Positions 63,586 to 64,000 of a stretch of 64,000 nt of DNA are shown here, piece by piece. The notes under the pieces are model-generated. The model saw only the letters and a list, made by a program, of their open reading frames with translations, searched no databases and was not told the origin of the DNA. The stretch is taken from assembly GCA_963705485.1 (NCBI GenBank), contig CAVPJT010000004.1, forward strand, positions 16,200 through 80,199. The letters run 5' to 3'. Source of the stretch: Ilumatobacteraceae bacterium. GTDB lineage: Bacteria; Actinomycetota; Acidimicrobiia; Acidimicrobiales; Ilumatobacteraceae. Every line of letters starts with the position of its first letter. Within the stretch, counting starts at the first letter, position 1. The translations under genes were made by a program, and so were the position numbers.

Positions 63586-64000
63586 CTACGGAGCTGAAGA
63601 GGTCGGAGCGTCGTTGGTTTCGTCGACCAGTTCAGCGGTTCGATCGAGCAGGGTGCGCACCGGGACGCCGAGCGCCGCCGCGGCGGTCGCAGCGTCATCG
63701 AACTCGACCTTGATGCGGTGTTCGGCAATCTTCACCCGAATGCTGTGGCCGTCGACGTCGACGATGGATTCGGTTCGTCGTTGCGGCCAGCGGCGCATCA
63801 TCGACATGCGTACACCAAGCGTCCCGGTCTCGCGGACCAGCATCTCTCGCATCGCGGCGAGCGCCGATGGGTCACACAGCACGGCGATCGTGTGCGCCGG
63901 CCGCCCCTTCTTCATCACGATGGGGGTGATCCACGCGTCATGGGCGCCGGCGGCAAGCAGCGTGGAGACGGTGTGGGCGAGCACCTCGCCGGTGACGTCG
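63586..64000 (-). CDS. larC: nickel-pincer cofactor biosynthesis protein LarC (DUF111), C-terminal part; 5' end outside the window
   Basis: AWITPIVMKKGRPAHTIAVLCDP..ETGTLGVRMS..R is typical of the LarC C-terminal half. The ORF is open to the window edge. Confidence 0.75.
   Translation of the reverse strand, partial: DVTGEVLAHTVSTLLAAGAHDAWITPIVMKKGRPAHTIAVLCDPSALAAMREMLVRETGTLGVRMSMMRRWPQRRTESIVDVDGHSIRVKIAEHRIKVEFDDAATAAAALGVPVRTLLDRTAELVDETNDAPTSSAP

Overview
This is a GC-rich chromosomal window from an actinobacterium (Actinomycetota). An Acidimicrobiia-like origin is only my guess, based on the rhodopsin type. I can support about 60 protein genes, one tRNA and several small repeat families.

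**Landmark.** The conserved actinobacterial cell-division and Ser/Thr-signalling cluster crgA - trpG - pknB - pbpA - rodA - pstP - fhaB - fhaA - tRNA-Leu(CAG) lies at 31.6-40.9 kb and is fully intact.

**Flanking genes.**
- An Opp/Dpp-type peptide ABC importer (41.1-46.8 kb) and a GH2 beta-galactosidase.
- An SPFH/NfeD pair, an ABC exporter pair, an MMPL transporter and a DsbB/TlpA pair.
- Fatty-acid genes (acyl-CoA dehydrogenase, thiolase, acyl-CoA ligase), PPK2, cspA and several MarR/ArsR/WhiB regulators.

**Most interesting locus (5.25-7.5 kb).**
- It holds a xanthorhodopsin-type proton-pump rhodopsin with a DTE motif, the Schiff-base Lys, Leu at the tuning site and Gly at the carotenoid-antenna site.
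- It is transcribed divergently from a regulator that joins an excisionase/MerR-type HTH to a B12-binding domain carrying the CarH-type Wx9EH signature.
- The AT-rich spacer between them holds four TTAGC-type repeats phased exactly 10 bp apart.

**Other notable points.**
- A ~55-bp hairpin repeat family occurs as tandem pairs at two distant loci. The arms are inverted between loci, but the C-rich loop keeps its strand orientation.
- A second tandem hairpin pair lies between fhaA and tRNA-Leu.
- There is a 7-TM, two-repeat PQ-loop (SWEET-like) gene and a murA 3' relic.
- About 17 genes are interrupted by single-base frame changes, roughly 40 switches by my hand count. They are strongly clustered (4.3-5.2, 16.9-18.7 and 24.5-28.9 kb), while about 20 kb of long essential or large genes have none. 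I cannot tell from sequence alone whether this is real pseudogenisation or local assembly error.

I recognised no CRISPR array, integrase, transposase, prophage or known defence system.
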